A stretch of 64,000 bases of DNA, taken from positions 64,001-128,000 of the forward strand of contig JBILLK010000008.1 in assembly GCA_044376115.1 (NCBI GenBank), read 5' to 3'. The DNA is from Polyangiaceae bacterium (lineage in GTDB: Bacteria > Myxococcota_A > Polyangia > Polyangiales > Polyangiaceae). Shown here piece by piece: positions 1 through 10,463 of the stretch. Made by a program: the position numbers and the translations under genes. Every line of letters starts with the position of its first letter. Position 1 is the first letter of the stretch. The notes below the pieces were generated by a model that ran no database searches, was not told where the DNA came from, and saw only the letters and a list, made by a program, of their open reading frames with translations.

Positions 1-501
1 CGGCTCAGGGTCGATCGCGGCGACCGGCGACTCTGCCCCCTTCTTCATCAGCGCGGCGAAGGAGAGCGGCTCACTCGCGGGCAGCTCCATGCCGATCACG
101 TGTTTGATCGAAGGGACCTTGGCGGGCAGCGCCTTCACCTTTTCATAGACTTTGGCCGAGCCGGCGACGATGGCGACCGCGGCGCAGTCATTGGTAATGA
201 ACTCCCACTCTTTGGAAGCTTGGGCCTCGTACATCGGCACCAGCGCCGCGCCGAGCCCGTTACAGGCGTAGGAGAGGATGGCCCACTCCTCGCGGTTATT
301 GGCGACCACAGCCACTTTGTCCCCGCGCCCAATCCCGAGTGAAGCCAAGCCGGCCCGTAGCTGCTCAACCTTCTCACCGATCTGCGCAAACGTGGACCAC
401 TCCCAGTTACCGTCGCGCTTGGTGCCGAAGAGCTCGTGAGGACCGAAGGCCTTCACGGACTTCTCGAACATATCGACGAGATTCTTGAACTGCTCCGCCA
501 T
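1..501 (-). CDS. long-chain fatty acid-CoA ligase (AMP-binding), N-terminal part; runs off the window start
   Basis: Not in the ORF track; manual translation gives MAEQFKNLVDMFEKSVKAFGPHELFGTK...LRAGLASLGIGRGDKVAVVANNREEW...GAALVPMY, a typical FadD-like N-terminus; GGAG upstream of ATG 501. Confidence 0.85.
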   Translation of the reverse strand, partial: MAEQFKNLVDMFEKSVKAFGPHELFGTKRDGNWEWSTFAQIGEKVEQLRAGLASLGIGRGDKVAVVANNREEWAILSYACNGLGAALVPMYEAQASKEWEFITNDCAAVAIVAGSAKVYEKVKALPAKVPSIKHVIGMELPASEPLSFAALMKKGAESPVAAIDPEP

Positions 502-650
502 TTTCATCTCCACTGAGGCTCGACAAGACGCCGCACCCCGACGCGGCGAGACGCTAGAAGCGGACCCTGGGGTCGTCAACGCCGGATTGGCCGCTGCAAG
601 GCTGCGCCGATTTGGACGTCGGTGAATCTCAAAACTTCTAGGCTGTCTCG

Positions 651-3557
651 GTGTCGAAGCATGCCATGGCGTTCGTCGCGACCCGTTTTTCCCGCGTTCT
701 ACTGCTTCTAGCCTTTGGTTGCGGCCCAGCGCCGCTGCCTCCGGTGGAGACGCAGGCTCTAGTGGTACCACCGCCAACACCGAAGCCTTGGCCGCTGGTC
801 CCTCAAGCCGCTGAGCTACCGAGCCTGCGTTTCGTCGATGGCGGCGCCCCGAATGGCGGAGTGCGCGGCAAAGACCTCGGTAGCGTGAACCTCGGCGCCG
901 TGACGGCGGGGGAGCTCACGGTCTCGGGCCCGGTGGCCTGGTTGGAGACCACCGTCGTGCTTCAGGGCCGCAAAGCCTCACAAGCGATTGGTCAATTGGA
1001 ACTCGTACTTCCGTTCACCACCTTCGCCAACGAAGCGACGTTTGGCGGCGGGCCAGGAGAGCCGCTGCGCGAGCAGAGCCTGCGAACCAGCGACCGCGGC
1101 CGCACCTTCCGCACCGCGCCGATCACGCTCGAGGCGGGGCAAACGCATACGGTCACCCTGCGGCACGCGTTCCTACTCGACGTGGCGGACAAGACGCTGG
1201 CGCTGCCTTTCCTGGGCGAAACCTCGCCTCAAGCTCCCGCCTTGCAAACGGCGCGCAGCTCGCTTGGCGCCTTCGAACTTGAACGACTGCCCGCCCCCGA
1301 GCGGCTTCCTTTCGACCCGGCGCGCGTCGACAGCAAGATCAGCGGGGCCATCCTCCTGCTCGATCTGAGCGCGGTGCGCGCGCGCGATATGGCGCTGCAG
1401 CTCCGCACCTTGAAGGGCATCGCCGATAAGCTCGGGCGTGAACATTTGATCGTGGCCGCTTGTGATGAGCAGGTGAGCGTGCTGTTCGATGGTGCTGCCG
1501 ATCAGCTGAACGGTGAGGCCGCCGAGGCGCTGCTCGCGCGAGGCACCCTCGGTCGTTCGAACACGCCAAAGGCCCTGCGCTTTGCCTTGGAGCACCCTGC
1601 TCGGGACGCCTCGCGGGTGATGCTCGTAACCGACGGCAACGACGCCTTTCCGTTCGGCTCAGTCGCCCTGGCGAACCCGATGAAACGCTCGGTTACGCTG
1701 TTTGTACCGCCCGGCCGCAGCAATCTGCGCGAGCTCGACGCGCTCACGAATGGCCTAACGGATAGCACAGTAAAAGCCGTACCGCTGACCTCAGCAAGCG
1801 AAGAAGAGACCCTAGCGTATGCGCTTTATGAGCGCCGAATGAGCGAGCAAACCTCGGTGCTGTGGCCGTTCCAGACCAGCGGCGGCGTCGCAGTCGCGAG
1901 CCCGGTGCTGGTGAGTCGAAAGGCGCAAACCGCAGCGACGACCTCTCCCGAAGGGCCTGCACAAGCGCCGGCATTCATCCTTCGCGCCCTCGCAGACGCC
2001 CAACCCAACGTCGACCTCAATGCGCGCTTCGCGAGCTTGAAGCTGCTCGAGCAGAAACGGCCTTTTCCCACCTCGGAAGAGCTGCGCCCAATCGTCGATC
2101 CGATGGCGGGATTGCCGCCAGATGCAGCCCCAACAGCCCCCGCACAGGCCACCCCCAAGGTCATTGAAAAGCCTGCGATCCCTGCAACCAAAGAGCCCCC
2201 CAAAGAAGAGCTGCCTACCGTCGAGGGCGAAGACGAGGGCCCCGCGCGGATTCCCCCGGAGACCATTCAGTGGATCGTGCGCAAGAACTTCGGTCGGTTT
2301 CGAGGCTGCTATCGCGATTCTTTACGTCGTAATCCCAAAGCGGGTGGTCGGCTGTTGATTCGCTTCGACATCGACCCTCAAGGCGCCGTACCGCTCGCGC
2401 GTGCCATCTCGGCCAACGTCGGCGATTTCGAGCTCGTCGCTTGTGTGGTGCGCTCCTTTGAGTCGCTGAGCTTCCCTGCGTTGGCCAACGGCGCCACCGT
2501 GGAATACCCCCTGGTGTTGGCTGCCTCCAAAGACGGCGCGGAGCCAGAGGCCGCACGCGCGATCAAGCCGCGCACCTTGGTGCCCGAACTCGAGCCCGGC
2601 ATGGTGATGCTCGAGCCTTGGCAGAACGCGGTGAAGGAGGTTCATGAGGCCACCGATCGAGGGGACCACGCTGCAGCGATCAGTCGAGCCCGCGCGCTGC
2701 TCGCGAGCGACCCAGCCGACCCGATGGGCTACGTGCTCGTCGGCGATGCCTGCGCCAAGGCCGGAGACGCGAGCTGTGCGGAGCGCGCCTATGCTTCGCT
2801 CACCGAGCTGGACGGCGCATCCTTGCCGCTCCAGGTCGCGCTGCGGCTCATCTCTCTGCGTACGACGGCTGGAATCGCGCTGGCCAAGCAGTTGGTGCAG
2901 GCCGAGGCCGAACGCCCTGAGCCGAGCCCCGAGGCGCTACGCCTGTTCGCGCTATTGACTGCTGCCGAAGGCGATGTGCTCACCGCGCTCACGCTAATCG
3001 ACAATGTGCTGGCTCGCCCCCTCGACGCGACGAAGTACCCGGGTATCCGCGATCTACTGCGCAGTGACCTAAGCGTGCTTACCGCGATGGCCATCACGGC
3101 GCACCCGGAGAATCGGCTCTCGCTGCGCTCGTGGGCCGCTGACGTAGGCGTGGTCCCGAGTGAACGCGCCGTTACTACGCTATCCGCGAGTTGGTACGGC
3201 AGCAGCGATATGGACCTCTCGGTGCGCGACATCGGCTTCAATGGCGCCAACAAGAACGCCCCCGCGCTCGCCAGCGGTGGTCGCATCCTGGCCGACGTCA
3301 CCGCCAGTCAAGGGCCGGAGGCCTTCGTGGTCGAGAACCCCGAGTCCCACCCCTACTCGATCGGCGTAAAAGCCAAGCTAGCGCGCAGCTTCGGCTTCGG
3401 CAGCGTGCTCGTGCTCGAGCATGACGGCGCGGCGACCTTGCGGCTTCACGCGCATCCCTTCGATATCAACGTGGACGGAGGCTCCGCCGACGTCCTGCGG
3501 CTCGTCGAGCCCATCTGCAAAAAGACCCCCTGCGCACCCGCCGCCAAAAAGCCCTAA
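651..3557 (+). CDS. large putative lipoprotein with VWA-like region, AgmX/PglI (TonB-C-like) domain and TPR-like helices
   Basis: 968-aa ORF; lipobox-like LLAFGC; LLLDLS and VMLVTDG VWA-like motifs; IPPETIQWIVRKNFGRFRGCYRDSLRRNP typical of myxobacterial AgmX/PglI C-terminal domains. Confidence 0.65.
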   Translation: MSKHAMAFVATRFSRVLLLLAFGCGPAPLPPVETQALVVPPPTPKPWPLVPQAAELPSLRFVDGGAPNGGVRGKDLGSVNLGAVTAGELTVSGPVAWLETTVVLQGRKASQAIGQLELVLPFTTFANEATFGGGPGEPLREQSLRTSDRGRTFRTAPITLEAGQTHTVTLRHAFLLDVADKTLALPFLGETSPQAPALQTARSSLGAFELERLPAPERLPFDPARVDSKISGAILLLDLSAVRARDMALQLRTLKGIADKLGREHLIVAACDEQVSVLFDGAADQLNGEAAEALLARGTLGRSNTPKALRFALEHPARDASRVMLVTDGNDAFPFGSVALANPMKRSVTLFVPPGRSNLRELDALTNGLTDSTVKAVPLTSASEEETLAYALYERRMSEQTSVLWPFQTSGGVAVASPVLVSRKAQTAATTSPEGPAQAPAFILRALADAQPNVDLNARFASLKLLEQKRPFPTSEELRPIVDPMAGLPPDAAPTAPAQATPKVIEKPAIPATKEPPKEELPTVEGEDEGPARIPPETIQWIVRKNFGRFRGCYRDSLRRNPKAGGRLLIRFDIDPQGAVPLARAISANVGDFELVACVVRSFESLSFPALANGATVEYPLVLAASKDGAEPEAARAIKPRTLVPELEPGMVMLEPWQNAVKEVHEATDRGDHAAAISRARALLASDPADPMGYVLVGDACAKAGDASCAERAYASLTELDGASLPLQVALRLISLRTTAGIALAKQLVQAEAERPEPSPEALRLFALLTAAEGDVLTALTLIDNVLARPLDATKYPGIRDLLRSDLSVLTAMAITAHPENRLSLRSWAADVGVVPSERAVTTLSASWYGSSDMDLSVRDIGFNGANKNAPALASGGRILADVTASQGPEAFVVENPESHPYSIGVKAKLARSFGFGSVLVLEHDGAATLRLHAHPFDINVDGGSADVLRLVEPICKKTPCAPAAKKP

Positions 3558-3613
3558 GCCGATTGCCGTTGCAGCGAGCCGATGAAGCCACCATCGTCGG
3601 CACGAGTCTCGTC

Positions 3614-5098
3614 ATGAAGTCCTACAGAATTGCCACGTTCGGCTGCCAGATGAACGTCCACGACTCGGACCGTATGCATGAGGTCATGCAGGGAGCGGGC
3701 TTTTCCGAGGTTGAATCGGAAGAAGGTGCCGACGTCATCATCCTCAACACCTGCAGCGTGCGCGAGAAAGCCGAGCAGAAGCTGCGCAGCGAGCTCGGCA
3801 AACTGCGCCAAGGCAAAGCGGGTCACCCCGGCCGCGTGTTGGTCGTCGCTGGCTGCGTCGCGCAACAAGAGGGTGAGAAGCTGCTCTCCCGCGGGCTCGG
3901 TGTGGATCTTGTGATCGGGCCGGACAACATCCGCGAGCTGCCGCTCTTGCTGCATGATCTGGCCTCGGGCGGCTTGCCCACCGTGCGCACGGTCTTTGAC
4001 CTGGATGCGCCGCAGTTCCTTACCTCCTACGGCGCCCCCAGCGCGCCTGCGCCGAGTGAGCGCCCGGCCGCCGTATCCACCTTCGTCACCACCATGAAGG
4101 GCTGCAACGAGCGTTGCACCTTCTGCATCGTGCCCACCACCCGCGGCCCCGAACGGTACCGCCCGAGCAGTGAGATCCTAGAAGAGGTACGCGGGCTCGC
4201 CGAGCGCGGCACCCGTGAAGTGACGTTGCTCGGCCAGACGGTCAACAGCTACACCGATCCACTCGGCGCGATGGAGAAGCCGAGCGGCGCCGATCCGGAT
4301 GAGAGCGAGTTTGCAGCCTTGTTGCGCGCCGTTTCAAAAGCGGCTCCCACGCTGCGGCTGCGTTACACCTCGCCGCACCCCCGCCACCTAACGCCCTCGC
4401 TGATCGCCGCGCACGCAGAGCTGCCTGGCCTTTGTCGCCACGTGCACCTGCCGGTGCAATCCGGCTCCGATCGCGTGCTCAAGCGCATGTTGCGGCGCTA
4501 CACCCGGGCCGAATTCGAGGCACGCGTGGCGTCGCTCAAGGCGGCGATGAAGAGCCAAGACGGTACGCCCGGCGTCACGCTCTCGACCGACATCATCGTC
4601 GGCTTTCCCGGCGAGACCGACGAAGACTTCGAGCAGACCCTCTCGCTGATCGAAGCGGTGGGTTTCGTCGGCGTGTTCGCCTTCAAGTACTCGGAGCGCC
4701 CGTTCACACCGGCCCTCAAGCTCAAGAACGACGTCTCCGAGGAGGAGAAGAGCCGCAGGTTGGCTCGCCTGTTTGCGCTCTCCGAGGGGCTCACCGCCAA
4801 GCATCTAAGCACCTTGGTCGGTAGCGAGCTGGAGGTCTTGATCGAAGGCCGAGCGAAGAAGCCGCAGGCCGGCGCCGAGGCCACCTTCAGCGGGCGCAGC
4901 TTCCGCAATGAGATCGTCCACCTGCAAGATGACCGCGCCGAGCCGTTGGTCGGAGAGGTCGTACGCGTCCGCGTGGAGCGCTCGTTCAAGCACTCGGTGC
5001 TGGCCTCCCTCACGCCGGAGGCTGTCGCCCAGGCAGGGCGCAGCGCGCCGAAAGAGCGCGGGGCTCGGCGCCTGCCGATGCTCAGCACCGCCGACTAA
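3614..5098 (+). CDS. miaB: tRNA-2-methylthio-N6-isopentenyladenosine synthase MiaB
   Basis: FGCQMNVHDS, NTCSVREKAE, GCVAQ, radical SAM CxxxCxxC (CNERCTFC), HLPVQSGSD, TDIIVGFPGET, C-terminal TRAM domain; start moved to ATG 3614. Confidence 0.95.
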   Translation: MKSYRIATFGCQMNVHDSDRMHEVMQGAGFSEVESEEGADVIILNTCSVREKAEQKLRSELGKLRQGKAGHPGRVLVVAGCVAQQEGEKLLSRGLGVDLVIGPDNIRELPLLLHDLASGGLPTVRTVFDLDAPQFLTSYGAPSAPAPSERPAAVSTFVTTMKGCNERCTFCIVPTTRGPERYRPSSEILEEVRGLAERGTREVTLLGQTVNSYTDPLGAMEKPSGADPDESEFAALLRAVSKAAPTLRLRYTSPHPRHLTPSLIAAHAELPGLCRHVHLPVQSGSDRVLKRMLRRYTRAEFEARVASLKAAMKSQDGTPGVTLSTDIIVGFPGETDEDFEQTLSLIEAVGFVGVFAFKYSERPFTPALKLKNDVSEEEKSRRLARLFALSEGLTAKHLSTLVGSELEVLIEGRAKKPQAGAEATFSGRSFRNEIVHLQDDRAEPLVGEVVRVRVERSFKHSVLASLTPEAVAQAGRSAPKERGARRLPMLSTAD

Positions 5099-5101
5099 GG
5101 C

Positions 5102-6655
5102 TCAGCTTCGTTCAAAGCGAAAGCTCGCATCCCCGACGTCGACCAGATCGCCGAAGCGAAGCTGGCAGGAGGTGATCGCAGCGCCGTTCACCCGTGTACC
5201 GTTGGTCGATCCGAGGTCCTCGAGTACGAAGGCCCCGTTGAGGAAACGAATGCGTGCGTGCGCGCGGCTGAGCGAGGAATGCTGGATAGGCGCGTCACAC
5301 AAGCTTGAACGCCCGATCACGCCCTCTCCGCGCAGCTCGAAGCGAAGGCCCTGGCTGATACCGCCAAGCCCAACCAGCGCCGCACCCAGCGGAATACCCC
5401 TCACGCCGGTCGCAGAGGATACCTGCGTTGCGCCTTTGAACTGCACCGAGGCCTTGCGCTGATGCGTCCGCTCGAGATCGCTCGAGCGGCGCTCATAACT
5501 GGCGATCTCATCGATCAATTGCTCACGTAGTTCCGCCAGCGGAGAGCCATCATTGGCAGCTGCCCCTGCGAGCCCCTCGACGCGCACGAGCACCGCCCGC
5601 AACAGCGCTGCAGCGCCCGGCATCGAACCGCGGTCCGCCTCGGCGCGCGCTCGCACACGGGCGAAATCGGCCTGCACCAGCAGGATCGCCTGTTGCGCCG
5701 CAGCGTCCACCACCCGCGTGCCAGCTCGCACGTCCACGCACAGCTCGGCCGTGGCAGTGCTGCGATCGCCGTTGCGACCACGCCCGCTGACGACGACCGA
5801 AAGGAGGCGGCCCACGTTCTCGGACTCCAGCTTGAGCGCAAGCTCGAGCGCAAACGGCCTTTCTTGATCGACGAACACGTCACCTACATTGAACGAAAGG
5901 CCGCCCGCTCCCACCTTCAGCGGCGCATTTGGCAGCAACTGCACGACCTCTACCCCCGGCTCGAGCTTGAGCGAGAGCTGTAGCTGGTCCGCTACCACGC
6001 CGCCGTGAGCCAGCGCCGCACGCGCAACCTCGACCCGCGCGCTGGCCGGGTCCGGGATATAGGCATAGCGTCCCGAACCGGCCGTCGCGATCGCATCCAA
6101 TACGTTCTCGTCGTGATGCAGGCCAAAGCCCAAGGTGGATACCCCGACACCAAGCGTCGCGGTGTAGTCGGCCAGCTGCTGTGCCGAGGTCAAGCCCACG
6201 TTGGGCTGCCCATCACTCATCACCACCATTACGCGACGCAAACCCTCGGGGGCCTCTTTCAGCACGGCCGCAGCCACCCCCATACCTGATTGCAGATTTG
6301 TATTTCCGTGGGCCTCCACCGATTGCAACAGCGAACGCAGCCGCGCCCTGGCATCTCCATTCACGTTCACAAGCCCACTCAGCAGCGCCGCCTGCGTTGA
6401 GAAGGTGATCACCGCCAGCTGGTCCTGTTCGTTCAAAAGTTCGGCCAACATCGCCGTACTCGACAGCACATGCTCCAGCGGAGAGCCCTTCATCGAGCCA
6501 GAGCAATCCACCACCAGCGCCACAGCGAGGGGCGCCCGCGTGGCCTCGAGTGCGGCCCCCCGAGCCTTCACCGCAAGCGACACCCAAAGCGATTGCGCAC
6601 CCGGCTCGACATTGCGATGTTCACTCGCCAGCGCGACAACGAAGGGTGCTTCCAT
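5102..6655 (-). CDS. VWA domain protein with C-terminal FHA domain
   Basis: MIDAS motif VVDCSGSM and MSDGQPN; FHA motifs IGRS...SRAHA...EDLGSTNGTRVNG. Confidence 0.9.
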   Translation of the reverse strand: MEAPFVVALASEHRNVEPGAQSLWVSLAVKARGAALEATRAPLAVALVVDCSGSMKGSPLEHVLSSTAMLAELLNEQDQLAVITFSTQAALLSGLVNVNGDARARLRSLLQSVEAHGNTNLQSGMGVAAAVLKEAPEGLRRVMVVMSDGQPNVGLTSAQQLADYTATLGVGVSTLGFGLHHDENVLDAIATAGSGRYAYIPDPASARVEVARAALAHGGVVADQLQLSLKLEPGVEVVQLLPNAPLKVGAGGLSFNVGDVFVDQERPFALELALKLESENVGRLLSVVVSGRGRNGDRSTATAELCVDVRAGTRVVDAAAQQAILLVQADFARVRARAEADRGSMPGAAALLRAVLVRVEGLAGAAANDGSPLAELREQLIDEIASYERRSSDLERTHQRKASVQFKGATQVSSATGVRGIPLGAALVGLGGISQGLRFELRGEGVIGRSSLCDAPIQHSSLSRAHARIRFLNGAFVLEDLGSTNGTRVNGAAITSCQLRFGDLVDVGDASFRFERS

Positions 6656-6793
6656 TCCTTCAAGCTAGCGCGATGCCGCGCTGAAGCTAGGGCAACGGCC
6701 TCGAGCCGATCGATTGGCTGCAGGGCAGGCAGCCCTCGTAACATTGCTCATTGCCTGCCGGCTGAGGATGGCTCCCAATGACGGTGGGCCGCG

Positions 6794-7147
6794 ATGAGCA
6801 AGAAGACTGTTCCACCTGTGTCGATCCCGGCGCTGCCCAAAGGCCTGCGCGGCAAGAGCTTCACAGTAGGCGGCGAAGAGTACGCGGTGCTCATACTGCC
6901 GAATGACGACAGCGAGCTGAAACCGACAAGCCTTACGCCGGCCGAACACGAAGTTACAAAGCTAGTTCTTCAAGGCTATTCCAATACAGAGATCGCGGCC
7001 CTGAGGAGAGCCAGTGCCCGCACCGTCGCCAATCAGCTCCAAAGCGCGTACCGCAAACTGGGTATTGGCTCGAGGCACGAGCTAGCGAGCGTAGCGCCTC
7101 ATTTGCCCGCCACGGCGGGTCGAGCGGAGAAGAGCCGCAACAGCTGA
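6794..7147 (+). CDS. small LuxR-type HTH regulator
   Basis: LTPAEHEVTKLVLQGYSNTEIAALRRASARTVANQLQSAYRKLGIGSR. Confidence 0.85.
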   Translation: MSKKTVPPVSIPALPKGLRGKSFTVGGEEYAVLILPNDDSELKPTSLTPAEHEVTKLVLQGYSNTEIAALRRASARTVANQLQSAYRKLGIGSRHELASVAPHLPATAGRAEKSRNS

Positions 7148-8052
7148 ACGCGATCGGTCAAACCAAGCTTGTGCAGCGCGCTCTGCAGCTGTGTACAGGC
7201 GGTGCTCGAGGTGGTTCCTAGCTCGGCAGCGATGTTCTTGAGCGCGTTACCGGTGAGCGCCAACCGCACCACGCGCGCCTCAGCGGCAGAAAGCCGCAAG
7301 GTCCCTGTTGTACGCCGGAGCACCACCAAGCGCTTTCCATCCTGATCGACGACACGCGCAACGCTATAGCCGCCCTGCCATAACTTCTCCCAAAGCTGCT
7401 CGGTCTGCTCATCCTCGGCGTGGCCCAGATCCTTGGCGAAGGCGCGCGCGACCTGCTCCGCCTCTTCCGGCAAATCTAGTCCAGCGCGATGCTGCAGACG
7501 GCCCTGCGTATCAAAGACGGCCTCTGGCTCCGCCTGCTCAGGCGCGCTCGAACGCAGCGAGGCGGCCGAGGCCCAATGACGTTGTAGCCGGAGCAGATGC
7601 CTACGCCGCGGGGCCACCTCTCCAGCCCATAGGGGCATCGAAGCCACAGCCAGCCATTCACCCGAGGCAGCTCGCAGCCCCTGCTGATCGGTCATGGCCG
7701 AACAATCACGCGGAATCGTCACGTCCACAGCACGAGCAAGCTCCGGAGCCGAAATCCCGAACACCTCGCGCACGGTTGCAACACGAAACACCTGGCGAAT
7801 GCCGGCTACGTGGCCCTTCGCCACGCCAGCTCGCAAGGCCGCTTCAGCGTACTGCGAAAGCCCTACCGCGCGACCGACGTGCCCCACCACACGCGACCGC
7901 CGAAGATCCGAGGACCAATAGACACTTATCGATAACCCTACATTCGGGGCTGCTGCCGAACCAAACACCGGCAGGAGTTCATGCAACCAAGGCTCTAACT
8001 GCGTGGGCCCATCATGACAGACCTCTAAGAAGCGGCGCAGTTCGGTCCCCAT
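7099..8052 (-). CDS. LuxR-type HTH regulator with long N-terminal domain
   Basis: C-terminal LSAAEARVVRLALTGNALKNIAAELG...LHKLGLTDR; start uncertain (8052 or 8082). Confidence 0.8.
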   Translation of the reverse strand: MGTELRRFLEVCHDGPTQLEPWLHELLPVFGSAAAPNVGLSISVYWSSDLRRSRVVGHVGRAVGLSQYAEAALRAGVAKGHVAGIRQVFRVATVREVFGISAPELARAVDVTIPRDCSAMTDQQGLRAASGEWLAVASMPLWAGEVAPRRRHLLRLQRHWASAASLRSSAPEQAEPEAVFDTQGRLQHRAGLDLPEEAEQVARAFAKDLGHAEDEQTEQLWEKLWQGGYSVARVVDQDGKRLVVLRRTTGTLRLSAAEARVVRLALTGNALKNIAAELGTTSSTACTQLQSALHKLGLTDRVQLLRLFSARPAVAGK

Positions 8053-8241
8053 GTCAGCCCACCTTAGCGAACTCGGGGCCACTACGATGAAGCGTTTTCA
8101 GCGGCGCAACGCGTTGTCATCGCATCACCTTCGCGCACGCCTTGCGCGAGTTGCGCACCGGCGCGCCGGCGGCATGAGCAACAGCTGCGCAATCCGGGCC
8201 TCGGGGAACGACGCGAATTCCTTGTTTTCGACGACGGGCGT

Positions 8242-8258
8242 TTGGCATCACCCCTGCA
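8242..8258 (+). promoter_or_regulatory. putative sigma54 -24/-12 promoter
   Basis: TTGGCATCACCCCTGCA (GG-N10-GC) about 19 bp before ATG 8277. Confidence 0.6.
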
Positions 8259-8276
8259 TGAGCACGAGTGGAGCCT

Positions 8277-8561
8277 ATGAACTCAGCACTCCCGTTGCAC
8301 CTCAGACAAGTGACGCAACACAAGCAAGCTGCGGTGGGTCTGCTCATCTTGGTAGCGGGCATGGTGGCCAGCGTCGCCTTCGCTGAGGTTCCTCAGCCCC
8401 GATCGATGCGCCACTTGCAATCAGGCACGCTCGAGGAGCACCTCCCGAAGGTTAGCAAGCTTGATTGGCCGGCTGCGCAAGCGAGTGACGCAGACGTTGA
8501 GCTGGCTCGCTCCGCCAACGTTGCATGTGCCAACGCCCCCTGCGCAAGGCCTGCAAACTAG
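8277..8561 (+). CDS. small hypothetical protein with one hydrophobic segment
   Basis: GGAG RBS, hydrophobic VGLLILVAGMVASVAFA, sigma54-like promoter upstream. Confidence 0.5.
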   Translation: MNSALPLHLRQVTQHKQAAVGLLILVAGMVASVAFAEVPQPRSMRHLQSGTLEEHLPKVSKLDWPAAQASDADVELARSANVACANAPCARPAN

Positions 8562-8624
8562 GCCAGAGAAAGGTTCCTGATTGGACCGAGTTAACCGGCG
8601 AGACGACCCGCTACACTCCTGCAC

Positions 8625-9821
8625 GTGAACCTCGACCATATCGTTCGCGCCCTCGAGGGTGCCGAGCTTCCAGCCCTCGCTGTTGACTTGGAGGCGTTTG
8701 ATCGCAACCTCGAGCGACATCTCGCGGTGGCCCGCGCCAACGGGCTTACGCTGCGCTTTGCGACAAAGTCGATTCGCGTACGGGCGCTGATTGAGCGAGC
8801 GCATAGGGGGAAGGGCGCCCGCGGCTTGATGACCTTCACCGTCGCGGAGGCCGTCTCCCTTACGAAGAGCGGCCTGGACGATCTTTTCGTTGCCTATCCA
8901 ACGCTCCAGCCCAGCGCTTTTGCACAGCTCGCCGAGTTAACGGAGCGCGGTATCACCATTAGCTTGGCGGTGGATTCGGTTGAGGCCGTCGACAAGCTCG
9001 CTGCGCTGGGGCGAGCGCGTGGCGCGGAACTCCGCGTGGTGCTTTGCATTGATATGAGCCTACGCGCGCTGGGCGTTCACCTGGGCGTGCGACGCTCGCC
9101 GCTGCGTACGCCGCGGGACGTCTTCGCATTAGCGGAGCGAGCACGAGACGGTGGCCTCGTGGTCCACGGCATCATGGGCTACGAGGCCCAGGTCGCCGGC
9201 CTCGGCGATGAAAGCCCGTTCGATGCGGCGCCGGTTCGTCTGGCCAAACGCGCCGTACGGGCCGCCTCCATGCGCGAGCTCGCCGAGCGTCGCAGCGCCG
9301 TCGCAGCCGAGCTGCGTGCACGCGGCTTCACGCTCGCCTTCGTCAATGGCGGCGGGACTGGGTCGCTGGACCTGACGACGAAACAGACCGGCGTTACCGA
9401 GGTAACCGCAGGCTCCGGCCTCTTCAAGCCGCTGCTCTTCGATGCCTTCTCGAGTGCCTTCGTCCGCAGCCTAGAGCCCTCATGCTTCTTCGCCCTGGAG
9501 GCGGTACGCCGACCTGGTCCTGGCTTCATCACCTGCCTTGGTGGCGGTTACATTGCTTCCGGCGCACATGGCCCAGACAAGCTCCCTCGCCCGGTATGGC
9601 CGCCAGGACTCGACCTCACCGCAGCCGAAGGAGCAGGCGAAGTGCAGACGCCGCTGCAAGGCGATAGCGCTAACCGCATATCGCTAGGCACCCCGGTGCT
9701 CTTTCGCCACGCCAAAGCCGGTGAAGTGATGGAGCGCTTCCGCGAGGTGCTGCTCCTGCGCGAGGGTCGCGTCGTCGATCGCGTGCCGACCTATCGCGGA
9801 GAGGGACTTTGCTTCCTCTGA
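8625..9821 (+). CDS. DSD1-like PLP-dependent enzyme (alanine racemase N-terminal fold)
   Basis: LRFATKSIR (PLP lysine), GVRRSP, GIMGYEAQVAG, NGGGTGS, AGSG, GAGEVQTP, FRHAKAGE. Confidence 0.85.
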   Translation: MNLDHIVRALEGAELPALAVDLEAFDRNLERHLAVARANGLTLRFATKSIRVRALIERAHRGKGARGLMTFTVAEAVSLTKSGLDDLFVAYPTLQPSAFAQLAELTERGITISLAVDSVEAVDKLAALGRARGAELRVVLCIDMSLRALGVHLGVRRSPLRTPRDVFALAERARDGGLVVHGIMGYEAQVAGLGDESPFDAAPVRLAKRAVRAASMRELAERRSAVAAELRARGFTLAFVNGGGTGSLDLTTKQTGVTEVTAGSGLFKPLLFDAFSSAFVRSLEPSCFFALEAVRRPGPGFITCLGGGYIASGAHGPDKLPRPVWPPGLDLTAAEGAGEVQTPLQGDSANRISLGTPVLFRHAKAGEVMERFREVLLLREGRVVDRVPTYRGEGLCFL

Positions 9822-9833
9822 CTTCGAGGAGTC

Positions 9834-10343
9834 CTACGCTTCAACCAACTCTGCAGCGTGTGCCCGCATAAACGCCAATTGCAAGGCGGTTAGATCTTCC
9901 TCGGGTACCGAGTCCATCGCATCGACCCGCTTGTAGAAGATCAGTGAGAGCTGCTCGAGCAACTCCGGGTCGCGGTCCTCGAAAGCAAATAGCAGTTCAC
10001 AGCGCTTTTGCCGGTCCTTGGGCGGAGCCCCCTCGGGAAACACGACCAGCGCCTGCTCGAGGATCTCAACACAGACTTTGGCGCCAATCTCCCGAAGCGC
10101 CGCCAGCGTCTCTAGCGCACAGTTGCCCGCGGAGTTGCTGAAGAACTGACTGACGCCGCCATTGATCAGCTCGCCATGGAAGCAGCCGACATAGAAAAGC
10201 GTCTGGGACGCGGGGCCCAGCCGTTCGGTATGCGCCTCATTTGGACTATCGCGATGAACGATCTTCACCATGTCGACCCACAAGACGGCGACTGGCTCAT
10301 CGTTGCTTAGGTAGTCACCCAGCGTTCTTCGTTCCATGGTCAC
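9834..10343 (-). CDS. DUF4375/DMP19-like protein
   Basis: ELINGGVSQFFSNSAG...LAALREIGA motif. Confidence 0.75.
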   Translation of the reverse strand: MTMERRTLGDYLSNDEPVAVLWVDMVKIVHRDSPNEAHTERLGPASQTLFYVGCFHGELINGGVSQFFSNSAGNCALETLAALREIGAKVCVEILEQALVVFPEGAPPKDRQKRCELLFAFEDRDPELLEQLSLIFYKRVDAMDSVPEEDLTALQLAFMRAHAAELVEA

Positions 10344-10463
10344 GCGCAGTCCTCCGCAAGCGAAGCTATCCGCGGATGGCGCTGGCGCTCAAGCTCTCGT
10401 GATTGGCTTAACCACGAGATTCGCGCGTCTGCCCTTACAAATCGTCAGCACCGCCCTGGACAA

